64,000 nt of DNA from Hydrolagus affinis (taxonomy: Eukaryota), in assembly GCA_012026655.1 (NCBI GenBank), contig JAAILG010000172.1:1-64000 (forward strand), given 5' to 3'. Positions 1-13,500 of the stretch are shown piece by piece. A model generated the notes under the pieces. The model had not been told where the DNA came from, searched no databases, and saw only the letters and a program-made list of their open reading frames with translations. A program made the position numbers and the translations under genes. Position 1 is the first letter of the stretch, and every line of letters starts with the position of its first letter.

Positions 1-293
1 AAACCAAGCTGGGGAGACCTGTGTTCGAATCCAGGCAGGTCAGGGCGAAACCTTGGGCAAGTTTCCTTACTCCACACGCCTAATAATAATCCCTCCAAAA
101 AAACACAATAATAAAATTGGTCATTTCATTCCACGACTGTGTGTGGGACACTGCTGTGCGCAATTGGCTGCTGCGATTCGCCCACAAATATATACAGTCA
201 ATTCACTTTACAGTATATTCTGTGAAGCGCTTTGGGACGTTGATAAGATGTGGAAAGCGCTATATCAAATGCAAGGATTATTATTATTATTAT
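1..293 (+). mobile_element. tRNA-derived SINE (Deu-like core, L2-like tail), cut by the window edge
   Basis: B box gttcgaatcc; core tgtgggacactgctgtgcgcaattggctgctgcg; tail gcgctatatcaaatgcaagga(tta)n; matches the copy at 42439. Confidence 0.9.
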
Positions 294-385
294 AAAAGTC
301 AGTTAGCTGTGATCTATGGCATTGGCAGAACACAAGTTGGACGCATTCTCAAAAGTTAGGCTGAATACATGACTGCTTTTGTTTT

Positions 386-540
386 AAATAATAATTCTTG
401 CATTTGATATAGCACTTTCCATGTCTTCAGAATATACTGTAAAGTGAATTGCCTGTATATTAGTGGGCGAAACATGGCAGGCAATTGCACACAGCAGTGC
501 TCACAAATAGTGGTGGCTTGAGTGACCAAATTATTATTTT
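386..540 (-). mobile_element. Same SINE family, 3' half, inverted
   Basis: taataattcttgcatttgatatagcact...gtaaagtgaatt is the reverse complement of the tail and core. Confidence 0.85.
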
Positions 541-1446
541 CCCCAAACCAACTGGGGATCCAATCATGTGTTGCTTATGCTCCTCTTGAACTGAGTGACC
601 ACCTGTTAGTCTGGTCATCTGAATCCTTGGACCCACAGCCACTCAGCCATTACTTCGATCAGGGGTATATACAGCCTGACTCACACATGTTGCACTTCAT
701 GTAACTCACCACTATTGATTACACAGCCACTATTCACTTATTGAAGTGAATGCTGGCAGAGATGTGGAAGGTAGCGTGAACAGTGTGCCATTTGCTGGGC
801 AGCACGAGGCAAGTGTGCCATTCAGCAATATGTCATATGAAGAATGTGGGATTAGGGAATGTGGGAGGCAGAAAGAGATAAAGAGAGAGACTGAGATAGA
901 GCATAGGCACAGTGTGGTACTATTAGTAACATTTGCTAGGTTTTAAATAAACTTTCTTTCCATCATTGAATATTGCTGTGCTGTACTTAACATTGCTGTA
1001 GGGGTGTCTAGCTTCTGCATTGACTCATACACAGGGGGAGGGCGATTGTAAGAGAAATTAATGGTTGGTTTTAATGGTGCTGTGGATTTGTAGCCACTCA
1101 ATTCATATACTTATTTTGACTAAACCGGTTGTCACCTGCTGTAACTACTTTGCACATTTTGATAAGATAAAATTATGAACTATTTGTGTTACTGCTCTAT
1201 AAATTTAAATTATACATAAAGCAAACTTCTTCACAGCTGTGTGTAAAGATCTTAACCTAAGAAGAGAAAATCTGAGAATTCGCCTTTATTTTCTGTCTTT
1301 TCAATTAGGCCATGTAAAACGTAAGAGGAACTAAAGAGAAATACAAAATTGGAATGCTCTTTGCTGTATTGAAACTGTTTCAAACATGTTGAATTGAACC
1401 AGAATATATCATATGTTTAGCATTGTTGCTTATTTTTGCATTACAG

Positions 1447-1557
1447 AGAAATCTGACTGAATATTTTGTTGCGGTGGATGTCAACAACATGTTACAACTG
1501 TTTGCCAGTATGATGCACGAAAGACGCATTATTATTACCTCCAGTAAGCTTAGCACT
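1447..1557 (+). CDS. DENND1B: DENND1B exon (cDENN): [37 protein letters not shown]
   Basis: ttacag|AGA ... ACT|gtaagt; 111 nt, phase 0-0. Confidence 0.95.
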
Positions 1558-4500
1558 GTAAGTACTTTTACAGCCTTTTGAAAAAAAAAGGGGACTTTTA
1601 TATATCAGCTTTTTCCCCAAAGAACTGCAAATATAATGCCTCTTTTATTCTTGCTAGACAATGTCAAAGCACTGTGTGAGAGATGGCTTTGACTGTACTT
1701 TTGTGTGCACCAAAGTTCAAGCTATATAAGGGGTGCTTAGATATATTCAGTTGGATTAATTATTGCTGGTCATGAGGAGATGAGAGGTTTTTGACTTTAG
1801 AGAGCTCATTTAACTGCCTTGTCGCTAATGCTGGAAATTCTTTAGGGCCTTTGTGTTCTTTATTACTTACTTTAGGCTTACATTGCCAAGGCTACTTGAA
1901 AGAAAGCAAGATACCATTATAATAGTGGCTACTAAAGCTGGCGATAACTTGATTCATTTCTGCTGCTGAGTAGTAGTTTTGGACATTACTGCAATGGCAC
2001 TGGTTCAGAATGAGGTTGTTGATGCTTTGTGATTGAAGAGCATCTATTCTGTGCAGTGTTTCAGGCTTTTCACTTACAGATCCTGGAATAAAGTATCTTG
2101 GTTTCCTATTAACAGTTCTTGTATGTAATACAGAAGCTGCTAGTGCCAATTAACAGATGAACCATATTTCACAATTCTTCGGTGCAGTTAAGGGGGATCA
2201 ACTCCAAATACAACATAAAGTAGCAGGTTATTATGCACAAGTTGTGAAACAAAATGGAATCATCAATCATTGTAGATGTGTTATTTAGTCAGCTTGATCC
2301 AAACCATCCCAAATAACCTGTTGATAACAGAGGGTTCTTAAAGTCACAGTGTCATTCTGATTACGGTGAAAATGCAGGAATTGGTGGAATTAATTTAAAT
2401 CATGTTACATCGTGAACCAAGAGTTTAAATTATCATTGAAATAGCCTCATTGACAAGAATTTGAGATTCATAGCATAGGGGCTCACTTTCTGTTTGGTTT
2501 GTAGTTTTTATTGTATAATACAAGATTACTTGCGGATTCTTTGATTGATAATGTTGCTTTCGATGAATATGGACCCTAATCCACCTCTTACTGATAGCCT
2601 CCATCACTTGATATTTCTCCAGTATCCAAGCTTGACATTCCCAGAGGGACTTTGCACATATAACATTTTCAAACATTTAATGCAGTTTATTTTGGAGGAT
2701 ATGTATTTTCACCTGCAGTTCACTTTACATTATATTCTGTGAAGTTCTTTGAGACGTCTAGAAGCTGTGAAGGCACTATATGAAACACAATCATTATTAT
2801 ACTATAGATACTTCAGAACTGGATCAGTTCTTAGGACTAATACTATAAAGCTGCTGGTTTCTTGGAATTTGCATGTTTTCCATTGTGAGAAAAAACCAAA
2901 GCATCAGGAAAAACATGGAAATAAACTTGCAAGTCTTAAGAAAAAACACCAGTGTCTAGAGCTCATTGCTGGCTTAACAGATCAGACTAAAAAATATATT
3001 TCTGACTGTCTTAGTATTCTAAGAATTAATGTTGTGAAAAAATGTGTTGAAGCAAAAACTACAAGCTATCTAAGTAAAATATGTGCTGCCAGGTAATACT
3101 TCAATTATCTTTAAAAATGGTTGAAGCCAACTTGAAATTGGTTCAAAATGGTTTTCTGTGTTCTATACCTTCTCATCACTTGTAAGTGATTTTTAGTTGG
3201 GAATTATTTTTGCAGACTGTTCTGTCCATTCAGGCTCATATAACTTAGTGTTTTTGCAGATAGTAATCATTCCTTATATTTTATAAGTTGAGTAGGAGTA
3301 CTTTGTTTGGTGATTCATTTTGTGGCCCAGCTGGTGAAGCTCAAATAATGTTTTGTCAGTAGATTTGCATTGCAGCCAAAGCAGTGGCTGTGACACAGAA
3401 ATGAAAATGGGCTATTTTGCAATTCTGCTGGGGAAAAAAAAGCATTTAGAAATCAGGAACCTCGGGAGAATACTGCTGTGCTAAACATGACCTGCCTCTT
3501 ACGTTTTTGAGGCTTTTTTCCCCCTTCTGCTGCATTTCCCTCTTTAACCACCCCTTATATTTTGTTGCACAAGGAACAGCAACCACCGTAATCTTTAAAG
3601 TTAGCTCTGTTTGAAGTATTTATCACCATTCATGCGGACAAAAATGTGATGTCATCCCATGGTTATCTGTCTTGTAACAGTTGGTATCGTAGATGATGAG
3701 AACCTGAAACACTTCAAGGTCTGTGCTCAAACTTTTCTTGTGGGAGGTTAAAGAAAAATACTTGACCAGTAGAATGTTTAAATTTATAGTTTTGTATGTT
3801 CTCTTTTTTCTGAGTAGAGGCAAGTGCTGTTTAGTTTGTGGATTTACAATCTTCATTCTGCCTGTGAATGTAGATACTTGCCAGAGGTAATAAATGTTTA
3901 TTTAATCAGGTCGGCAATTTACAATTTACTGAAATAACTTCAACCTGCTGGGCAGCAGTGAAATTGTTTGCCCTCTTGTACGTGAGGGTATATGCTAGAT
4001 GTATATTTCGTGTTCATATACCTGCACTGAATAAATAAGTTCCTGATTGAAACAACCTTAATTTTTTTTAATGAATTGGACAAATACTTGAATGATAGTA
4101 GAGCGTGGGAACAGAGCAGAAGAATGGGTTTAGCCAAGGAAGCTCCAGTTGAGGGATTGAGATTCAAACAAATGTGATAGGTCCAATGGTTTTAATTTGT
4201 CCTATACATTTCCACAAGTCAGTGATTACTGTAAAAATAGCCTGATTTTTTTAAAACAAAAGTTTCTACATTTTATTGTTAATATTGTAGGACTTTAAAA
4301 ATCATGCATAATGCATGACTAAAAAATACATTACTATACTAGTATTGCAGATTCTGTATGTTATATTTATTATACCATATCTTCATTAATTAATTGTTCT
4401 GAGGATTAATTATATTTATGGATTTTAGATGGAAAAGTGCAGAATAATTGTGCATAATGACTAATTCCCAAATAAACACGTTGCAAAAGATCAGGCCTGT

Positions 4501-7500
4501 CTGACTGAACCAGAATAATAACCATCTGCATTTGTGTTGGCGTACATTGTTCTCTCTTGGCCTTATTAATAATACCAAGTTGTGCTCCTTACAATCTTAA
4601 ACTAAATTTATTGAAAGGTCTGGTACAGTTGAAAGGGCTTAGCTGTATGACTGATAGCCAAGCTATGAGTTTACATTGTTTCTCATCTGCTGCTATCCAG
4701 TCTGGGCCAAACTACTGTTAGGAAACTTTAAATTTGAATCCCGTGTTAATCTTTGGATTTAATTTTGTTTGTTAAGTGCCTAGAGCTTTGAAACATTTTT
4801 GAATAAATACTGGTAAAGGAGTAAAGGAACTCTACATCAGTGATCTTTTTCTCCTCGTATCCATATTTGAGATGCGCAAGGTATTGCAGTAAGCCATAGA
4901 AAGCCAGAGCAGAACCATTACTGTGTTATTTTAGTTAAACTACACTGTTTCTAACAATATTATCATTATGTTTGAAAGTCAGATAAACTCTTAATTTGTT
5001 TTTTTTTGTATATGTACACCCCTTTTTGTTAAAGTTTGTGCTCTGCTGCCTCAGATTTGCTGAGGTAAATAAGGCATTCATATTGATTTGAAGCAATGTT
5101 TTTTGAGGAGAAAACAGCAGCGTAGTTGCACAATTTCAATGATTGAATTCATATTTGTTTAATTGAGGCAAAGTTTTTTTAAGGGCTTTTTAATTTTTTT
5201 ATTCCGGCAAAGTACAATTTTCCTGAAGTTTTCAACCAAACAGAGAATTGCATTTAAAGTTGGCAATTGCTAAAATGCGCATTCAGATTGGTGGTTGTTT
5301 TTAAAGATGGGTAATTACACAATGAAAATTGTAGCCTTGCTGTCATGATTGTGATAAGTTTGTCAGAAATCTCATGGCTGCATGGTGGGGAGGCTCACAG
5401 TTAAACTGCCAATCTCAACGTGAGTTCCAAATACATAGAGAGACTCTGACCCTTACTTGCATATTAGCTTACAGGTGCATCCTGCTGGTTGTAGCAGAAT
5501 CTACATTCTAATGTGCTGTGACTGAAACCTGAATTACAATTTCCTGAAATTCACAGCACTGGCCATGCAAGTGCTTGCATTCTGGCTGTAAAACCATTAT
5601 CTAAGAGCAGTGATGCTATGAATTTTGTGAGGTTTCAGGCAAAAAGAAAAGATATTCCACTTAATTTGGGTTATTGTTCATAATTATCGTGTGAAACAGC
5701 CTGGGTGGAAATTGAGACACGTGCCAATTTAAAAAAATAATTACCCACCACCCATTCACCCGCACGTAGACATTATTTTCCCCTGATATCTTGTCCACAT
5801 TTTGTTGACCATTGGTAAAATAGCATTTTGTGCAATGGTGAGATGATCTTTAACTGAAGTAACGGGGACAGAAAGTTGATTTTATGTGTGCAATATTCAG
5901 GCTTTAGCTCCGTATGAACATGATGTGGAAGGTACCTTGAACATCAAGCTATACTCATATTTATTCAAGGCCAAGGAATAAATCATGATTTTACAACAGT
6001 GCATAAGCTGACTTATTGGTGTTTTGTGACAATAGGTAAGGAGTATCACAGTTTAAAGCCATGTCATCAGTTTTCAAGTCAGTCAGCCGTGCAGGCTTGT
6101 CATATGCCTGTATAATTGTACCACACCAGGCTTTCTTTAACTAGTCAGCTGGGGCTGTGCATTTCGTCTAGGAGACTTTGGCTGGCCTGCAGCTGACAGG
6201 AGGCTTCTCATCATCCTGTCAGACGTATGCTAACCAGAGTATATCATTTGCAACCTACAGTGGCACCCAGGAAGGTTGTTTATACATGGACCTGCTGTCA
6301 AGATGTGTGTGGTTTGTAAGTCCAGCGTTGTATACAGAGCATCATTTTCACAGAGCAGAAGCGCTGGCAAAACAAACTCAGTTAAAAGCTCTTCACCTTG
6401 TTCATCAATCTCTTTTTGCCACTTTTGTATGGATTCTCAAACCCTCCTCCTTGTTTATAAATAAATCATGACCATTTTCTTGGCCTTGAGGCCTTGTTGA
6501 AATAATTGGAGTCAGTTGCATGAGTTTTCTGAGCCATTACTTCATAGCACTGGCTGCTGAAAGGTTGTTTCCTTAGGGACGAGACAGCAGCTTGTTTGCA
6601 GTGTCCGTGTGGCCTCTGAAGCCAGTTGGTTGTGTCAGGCTGCTGCATAGTTCCATTGGGTCAGGAACCGACTGCGCATTGTGTTCTAATGATTTCTAGT
6701 GGGATTAAATGAGAGTAACGGCAACTAAATAATGCCATCTTAAATTATTATGATAAAAAGATATCTGGATTTCAAGCAAAAACAATAATATTTTGTTAAA
6801 TTAATATTATTAAAAGCTTCTTCTCAATATAGTTTTTTAAAATCTAGTCATCGCCACAGTAATGTTATTTACTTGCTACAGCAATGTTAATTAGTTCTGT
6901 TTTTAGCAATGCTTTAATAACATAAGCTAAGGCAGAAATATGCCATTTCTTGTGTAACTCATGATAGCCTTATTTTTTCAGAACAATGTTGTGCATTATC
7001 CAATGTAATTGTTAAAAATGTTATTCCCAGAACTTGTAAATATCATGAACAGGTAATAAAAATAACTCCCTTCACCAGGAGGAAGATGGAAGTTTATTTT
7101 GCTTGTCCCTACGGAGCTCGTGAGTTACTAGTCCTTCGCACTTGTGAAATAAACTCTGTTCTTACAAACATAGCAAGTTATTTATGCCCTGTATTTATTG
7201 CCCAAAATGCTATTTAATATGGGAAAAATATTTCCTACAAAAACAAATTTTATAATTTCAATTAGAAGCAGAAGATACTGCTCTCTCTGGCATATGTGTT
7301 CTTATCAACATGTGTATGTTGATAACAATATTGCAGCTATTTTTAGCTACTAAACATAGAAATGTTTTTAATTAGATTCTCCATGTAAATCAACACAATA
7401 TGTTTTTTTGAATGAAAGGCAAGCGATAGATAAGATGAAAAAGTAAACAAGCAGGATATTTTTAAGTAATTTTTAAGGTACTTAAAATTGGAATTTAAAA

Positions 7501-10500
7501 ATAGAAGTAATGTACAACTGTTAAAACCGAATTGTACAACTATATTTTTGCAAATCAAAGAGCCAGTAGGTTATAGCCATTATTTCAATATTTATTAAAG
7601 TAAACCATAAAACAATAACAAAATTACATTTGTATAGCACCTTTCAATCACTGTAAAGCAAACCATTAAAACAAAATGGATATAATCTGACTGGAATTGA
7701 ATAATGTGCTGTGGATATGATCTCCTTAATAAAAAAATATATTTAAATAAGGCTATAGTGGGTTTCTATTGACCATTATTTGCCAAAGCTTGAATAACCC
7801 TAGTTCTTGGGTATAATCGCTATGCACTGGTACAATTGGCTCATTAATTTAAGAAGTAAACCAAGAGATATTGATCCTCCGAAGGTATTACAAGCAAGTT
7901 TATTTGTATTGGATAACGCAATTCTGCATTATAAATTCTGATTTAGAGACTGTCTTGTCACAGTGTCATTTCATTAAAGCTACCTAAGCTAGACAATCAT
8001 TTGGAATGAGAAAAGACTGTAGCTTTAATGAAATGACTTAAATAGGTATCGTGCTAATTTTTATAGGAAGAATGGAGGAATGATAATGCAAATCAGTGTA
8101 GTATTTGGTTTGGTATCGCCTGGAACTTAGTGGCATGCATTGCATTTGGCATAAAAGTAATTAAATTGAAGCAGAACTTTTGGCAAGCAGTTGAAGCGTA
8201 ATGCAGATAGCAGAAAATCGAATCTAATGGCTGTTTTTAAGCTGCTATCTTAAAATTTCTCTGTTCTTTAAGGTATATAAGTATGCATCGGTCATGGATG
8301 TATCTTTTGATCCAGGGTCACTGTACGTTGGTGCTCCAAGGTTACCCCAGACAGCCACAAAAGCTTGCAACATGAGCAAATATTCAGAAGTATTGTGATT
8401 CATAACATTAAAGGAAACTGAAAAAATTGTAAGCATGATTCAAAGGAATGAATTGGCACTGGTGGAGAAAGAAAAGGATTTGGGAGTGTGATTAAGCAGT
8501 TACTGAATACTTCTGGTCACTGTGAAACTTTTATCACTTACTGTGTTGTCTCATTGCCATTGGATTTCCTAAAGAAATGATTATTACCTTCAATTTATTC
8601 TAATGTTATGTCCTGTAGATTAGTGGTTAGGCCACATTTTAGATTCCTGTATGTTACTTTTACAGCCTTACCTTCACATGGATATTGAAGAGTGATGAAT
8701 ATGATTTCTAGATTTAAAGCAATAAGGAACAATCACATTTGACTTGGGGCAGAGGCATAGAACTCGATCACATTTGTGTAAAATAAATTAATACACCTCA
8801 AGCTAGACTAAAGTATAGAAGGATCTCTATTCTGAGGCTATTAGATATGCAGAAAACATTCCCTATATAAACAGTCGAAGCTCCCTCAGCAGTGATTTGG
8901 AGTGTCAGCCTTGTATACGAGCTCAAGATCCCGATGTGGACTTTCTAATATATGAAGAAAATTCCCGCAGGAGTTGAGCCGATGAAGTAGAGTCCATCAA
9001 AGGGTAGATTTTCCATTGTGTGTGGAAGAAATGGTTTTTCAGTTGCATACTTTGTTCTATTCATAATGAGTTCTCTGTCTGCTGAGAACAGTGGCTTTCA
9101 TTGAGTTGTCCTTTGTTGGTACTGAGATAGGAGGACGTGAAATAAACTACCAAAGAACACAGAGCTATTTTGTGCTACATAACTTGTCTTCAGCAAGTTA
9201 GGTTCAGGATTGTATCCCATAGGTGTAATTTTTTGCATTGCCTGCAGGCTTGCTGGAGGAAGTTGTAGTTCTCACTAAATGGCATCAGAGGATAATAGAA
9301 CAGAAGAGTATAGTCATCTGAATGAGTCCACGATGACTAAAACCCTTTATCTCTCAAATTCATTTGGTTGAATCTAGCAGTTGTAACAAAATATTGCTTT
9401 AAACTACATATTGGCTAATGTTTCATGGATTTTTGAGTTAAAATATTACTTGAGGGGCTATAGACCTAAGCTCTTGTGTACAATAAAATGGTTACCTTTC
9501 AATCAAATGTTATATAATACTCAGAATACTGGAATACTTGGGAGAGTTTTGGAATACTTGGGAGAGTTTAATAATACAGTACTGGAATAAAAGATCTATT
9601 TGTTTTGTGTGCTGTCTTGCATTAAAATAAGTTTGATTGATTGAAGAATAATTAAGAAATTCCCATAACAAGTTTACTTGTTGCTTAATAAAGGCTTTGC
9701 TGAGCAGTCGCCCACTGAAGGCATAAAATTATTACCTGCTGCAGAAGTTACCAAAATGGCCGAATCATTTCCTACATTTTAATAACTTTATCTGCAAGTA
9801 TATTAAAATTCAAAAACTATCAAGTCAATACCATTTTTGGCTTGAATTACAACTGTAGAACATTTTAATCATTAAGCTATTTAATCCTATAATTCAAGTT
9901 TTTGAGACTATTAAGCAAATAACTATAAAGCATTCGTTTTATAGATTTTTTTTAACAGTTCAGTTTAAAAGGCCGTTTATGTGTGTTTTGAGGAGAGTAA
10001 TTAAAAAAAATTTTAGTTCATTATCCAGTCTTAACTTTTTGTGCTTATTATGCAAAAATAGTAGATATATAACCTAATTGAGACGTGTCTTTATTTAATC
10101 ATTAAAATGACTTGTTGCATTTCTGTGGAATATCTGATAGGTTGATATGATATCCTTAAAAAATAACTCACCAATTTAGTTAGCCTGAGATATTCTTGCT
10201 GCTATAATGATGAGTTGATTATGACTATGATCTAAAGAAATTGAAGCAGATGCTACAATTATTTTATCTTGTAAAATAAGAAAGAACAGTCGAAGATGGA
10301 ACTAAGAGGGAATACAATGTTTTGCAAAGCTGGATGTAACAATGTCATTATTAATCAGGGAGGATCTAATATGTAAACAATGAAGTGACAATATGAAACT
10401 TATAACTTGGCAATTGATACCAGCACCCAGATGAACATGTGTGTGTATAAAGAGACAGAGGTGTTTAGACAAGAAAGCAAGGTTGCAGGAAAGTGTGCTC

Positions 10501-13500
10501 ATCGAATAATATTTAAATTTTCTAGTAATGACTTGTTTAAACCTTGTGCATATGAGAAGTGAAGGTTGATTCTGCACAAGTACTGTTGTGAAGGTAATGA
10601 CTATAGCTTTACACTAGTAATACAAGTAGGAGCAGATGCTCTATTACATTTAGTGTTCTGCAGTCTACCAGGATGGATCAGAAACTTGGAAGTGGATGAA
10701 GGGCAGTAGTCAGTGAACGGTAGATCTGATACAATAGTAAGGCTAAATTGATGATTAATAATTGAGAGCCATGATTTGTCAAACGTGCACTGCTTCCTTC
10801 TGATTTAATTTTCCATCAGTCGGTAGCCAATAAGCTTCAACTTTTCAAATAATTAAGAATAAAGTACAGCAGTAGACAAATTAGTTTCACAAAATTCCAC
10901 ATGCCGGGCACAATAAAACATCAAATAGAAAATGTTTAGAATCTCTGGATGCAGAAAATGTTTGGTAAGGTGTGTGTATGTTGTTTGGTATCTTTTAAAA
11001 TTATATTGTTTCTATTATAGCAGGAAGGTGTTTTTTTTCCACCCATATTTGCATTTTGTTTGTGTGTTGCAAATAATCGTTGGTTTGTTTTTGTGAACAT
11101 TCTCTATTGCAACTTAATAACAAATAAAAGTTGGCTATAGAGCATTGGCTGTAGATGAAAAGCTAGAGTATATTTATACTTTCAACTGTACAGCTGTTTA
11201 GCTCGGGCAGTTGCTGGTCAATAGTGACATTCCATGTGTCAGTGAACAAATTCTCCTGATACCTAAAGCTGCAGTTCACACATCACCATAGCTCCAACTG
11301 TCGAACATTTCAATCCCTCAGTGTTTTTTCAGCCTCGAGACTCTCCTGGCTGGCTCATGTTTCATTCTTGGCAATTTGCCCTAATGATATCCCTCAGGAG
11401 CCTTCAGACCCTGTTCTTTTCCATATTTAATCATGTTATTTTAATCCTGAAGATGAGCAAATTGTAGCATTGTTGTGACCTTTTCTGTGGTTTACCGACT
11501 AGGTGTTTAATATATAGATTTAAATGTGATTAATAGTTTTTAACATATTACTGTGGCTTAATCAATTGATTCTGGAATATATATTAATGTTATGCTTTCT
11601 GTCTTCCAGTTAACTGCTTGCGTTCATGCCTCAGCTGCCATGCTTTATCCGATGTTTTGGCAGCATATTTACATCCCAGTGCTCCCTCCCCACCTGCTGG
11701 ACTATTGCTGGTAAGGCCACTAATTTTCATACTCTACCTTGGAGATCCTGCAAGACTCCTTTAAAAGTCTGTGCAAAACCTGACGTCTGTATCTTAATAC
11801 CTATAATCACCTTGTGAATTTGAGGATTCAGTATTAGGTCCTTTGAGCACTCAGTTTTTCTGGATGACCATTTGGAATGTTTTGCGGTTCTGCCAATGTT
11901 TTTATTCCCATTTTCTTTAATAAGAGGAACAACCACAACAAACAACAACAAAATTACATTTATAGAGCGCCTTTCATGTTGAGAGGATGTCCCAAGGTGC
12001 TGAACAGTTAGGTCGGGACCCAAGCAGGAGGGGAAGGGTCGGGTAGGGGCAGGGGAAAGGAGAGTAGGAAAGTGGGGAAAATTAGGAGGGGAGCAGAAGG
12101 CACGATCAAAGAGGAAGACCGGCCTTGAAGGAGGAAATGGAGGAAGTGAGGTGAAGGGATTGTGGATGGAGTTCCAGAGTGTAGGGGCAGAAAGACTGAA
12201 AGCCTGGCCACCGATGATAGGGCGGGGGACATGGAGCAGGCCAGAGTCCGCTGAACGGAGGGGACGGAAAGGCTGATAGGGAGACAGCAGGTCGGAGAGA
12301 TAGGCCGTGAACGGCCTTAAAAGTGAGGACGAGGATCTTGAATTTGATCCTCTGGGGGATGGAGAGCCAGTGGAGACGGGCGAGGGTGCGATTGATGTGG
12401 TCGCGGAGCCTAGTGCGGGAGAGTACACGAGCTGCAGAGTTCTGAATAAGGAAAAAATTTTAGTATGAACAGTTTGCCTCAGAGAACTTTTATCTTAATT
12501 TGAAAGCCTAATGTAAATTCATTCATTGGCATTTACACAGTATCAACTGAATATTTTATTGTTGTTTGCACAATGAGATGAAAATGGTTCTTAATATGAC
12601 AACTGATCGATATGGGATTGTTTGGGAGAGTTCTGGGTTTGCCGAATCAATGGATTGTTTCAATTGGAGAAAGGTGAAATGCTTTATATAGGCATTCAGA
12701 TCTGAAATATAAGTTCTATGAAAATCTAATTTACAAATTAACTGAAATAATCATTGATTTGCTCCAGGGACATCTATCAATCCTGATGGTGCATCTTGCT
12801 TGTGAATCGTATTGCGGATGTGACATCTTAACTGTTGTGTACTCTTTTTTTGAAAATTCCAGGAATGCCTATAAAATGCACAACAACAACAACAAAATTA
12901 CATTTATAGAGCACCTTTCATGTCGGGAGGATGACAAAACCAGATTGAAAGCTGCTTTCCATTCAAAAGAGTAATTGGAATGCACCATTCTTCCTTTTTT
13001 TCAATCCCTCTATTGGCTCTTGCCAACTTTCTTCATCAATCACTTGTGAATAATACTATTTCTGTTTTGAAATGAGTTGTTATCTGTTCAAAGGCTATTA
13101 TTGATCTTTAAATGCAATTCACTGGATCATATTTTGATCGTAAATACTTTGTGATCTCAGTACAGAAATGGCCGAATTCCCAATTCATCTTATTTTAGAA
13201 AAAATAATTGTGACTGTTCTCAAAATTTTCTCAATGATGGGCCGGCTCCCAGTTCTCAAGTGGATGTTATGTTATGTTAGCTATGTAATCTTACGATGTT
13301 GGAATTATGTATTAGGATATCCATGAAGAAATGCTTGAGATAAGCACAAATTAAAAAAAATTCTAGTCCTAACAATCAAATTTATCTGTGATGATTCATC
13401 AGTATTTAGAAATCTGCTACCCTGCAGATAATATTAGAATTATATGTTCACACCAAAAATGCTGTGTGCTAATTTGATAATCCATTTTAAACACATTTTG

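Noticed and set aside
11727-12428. 233-aa minus-strand ORF as a gene
   Set aside because: Frameshifted L2 ORF2 tail running into flanking DNA.
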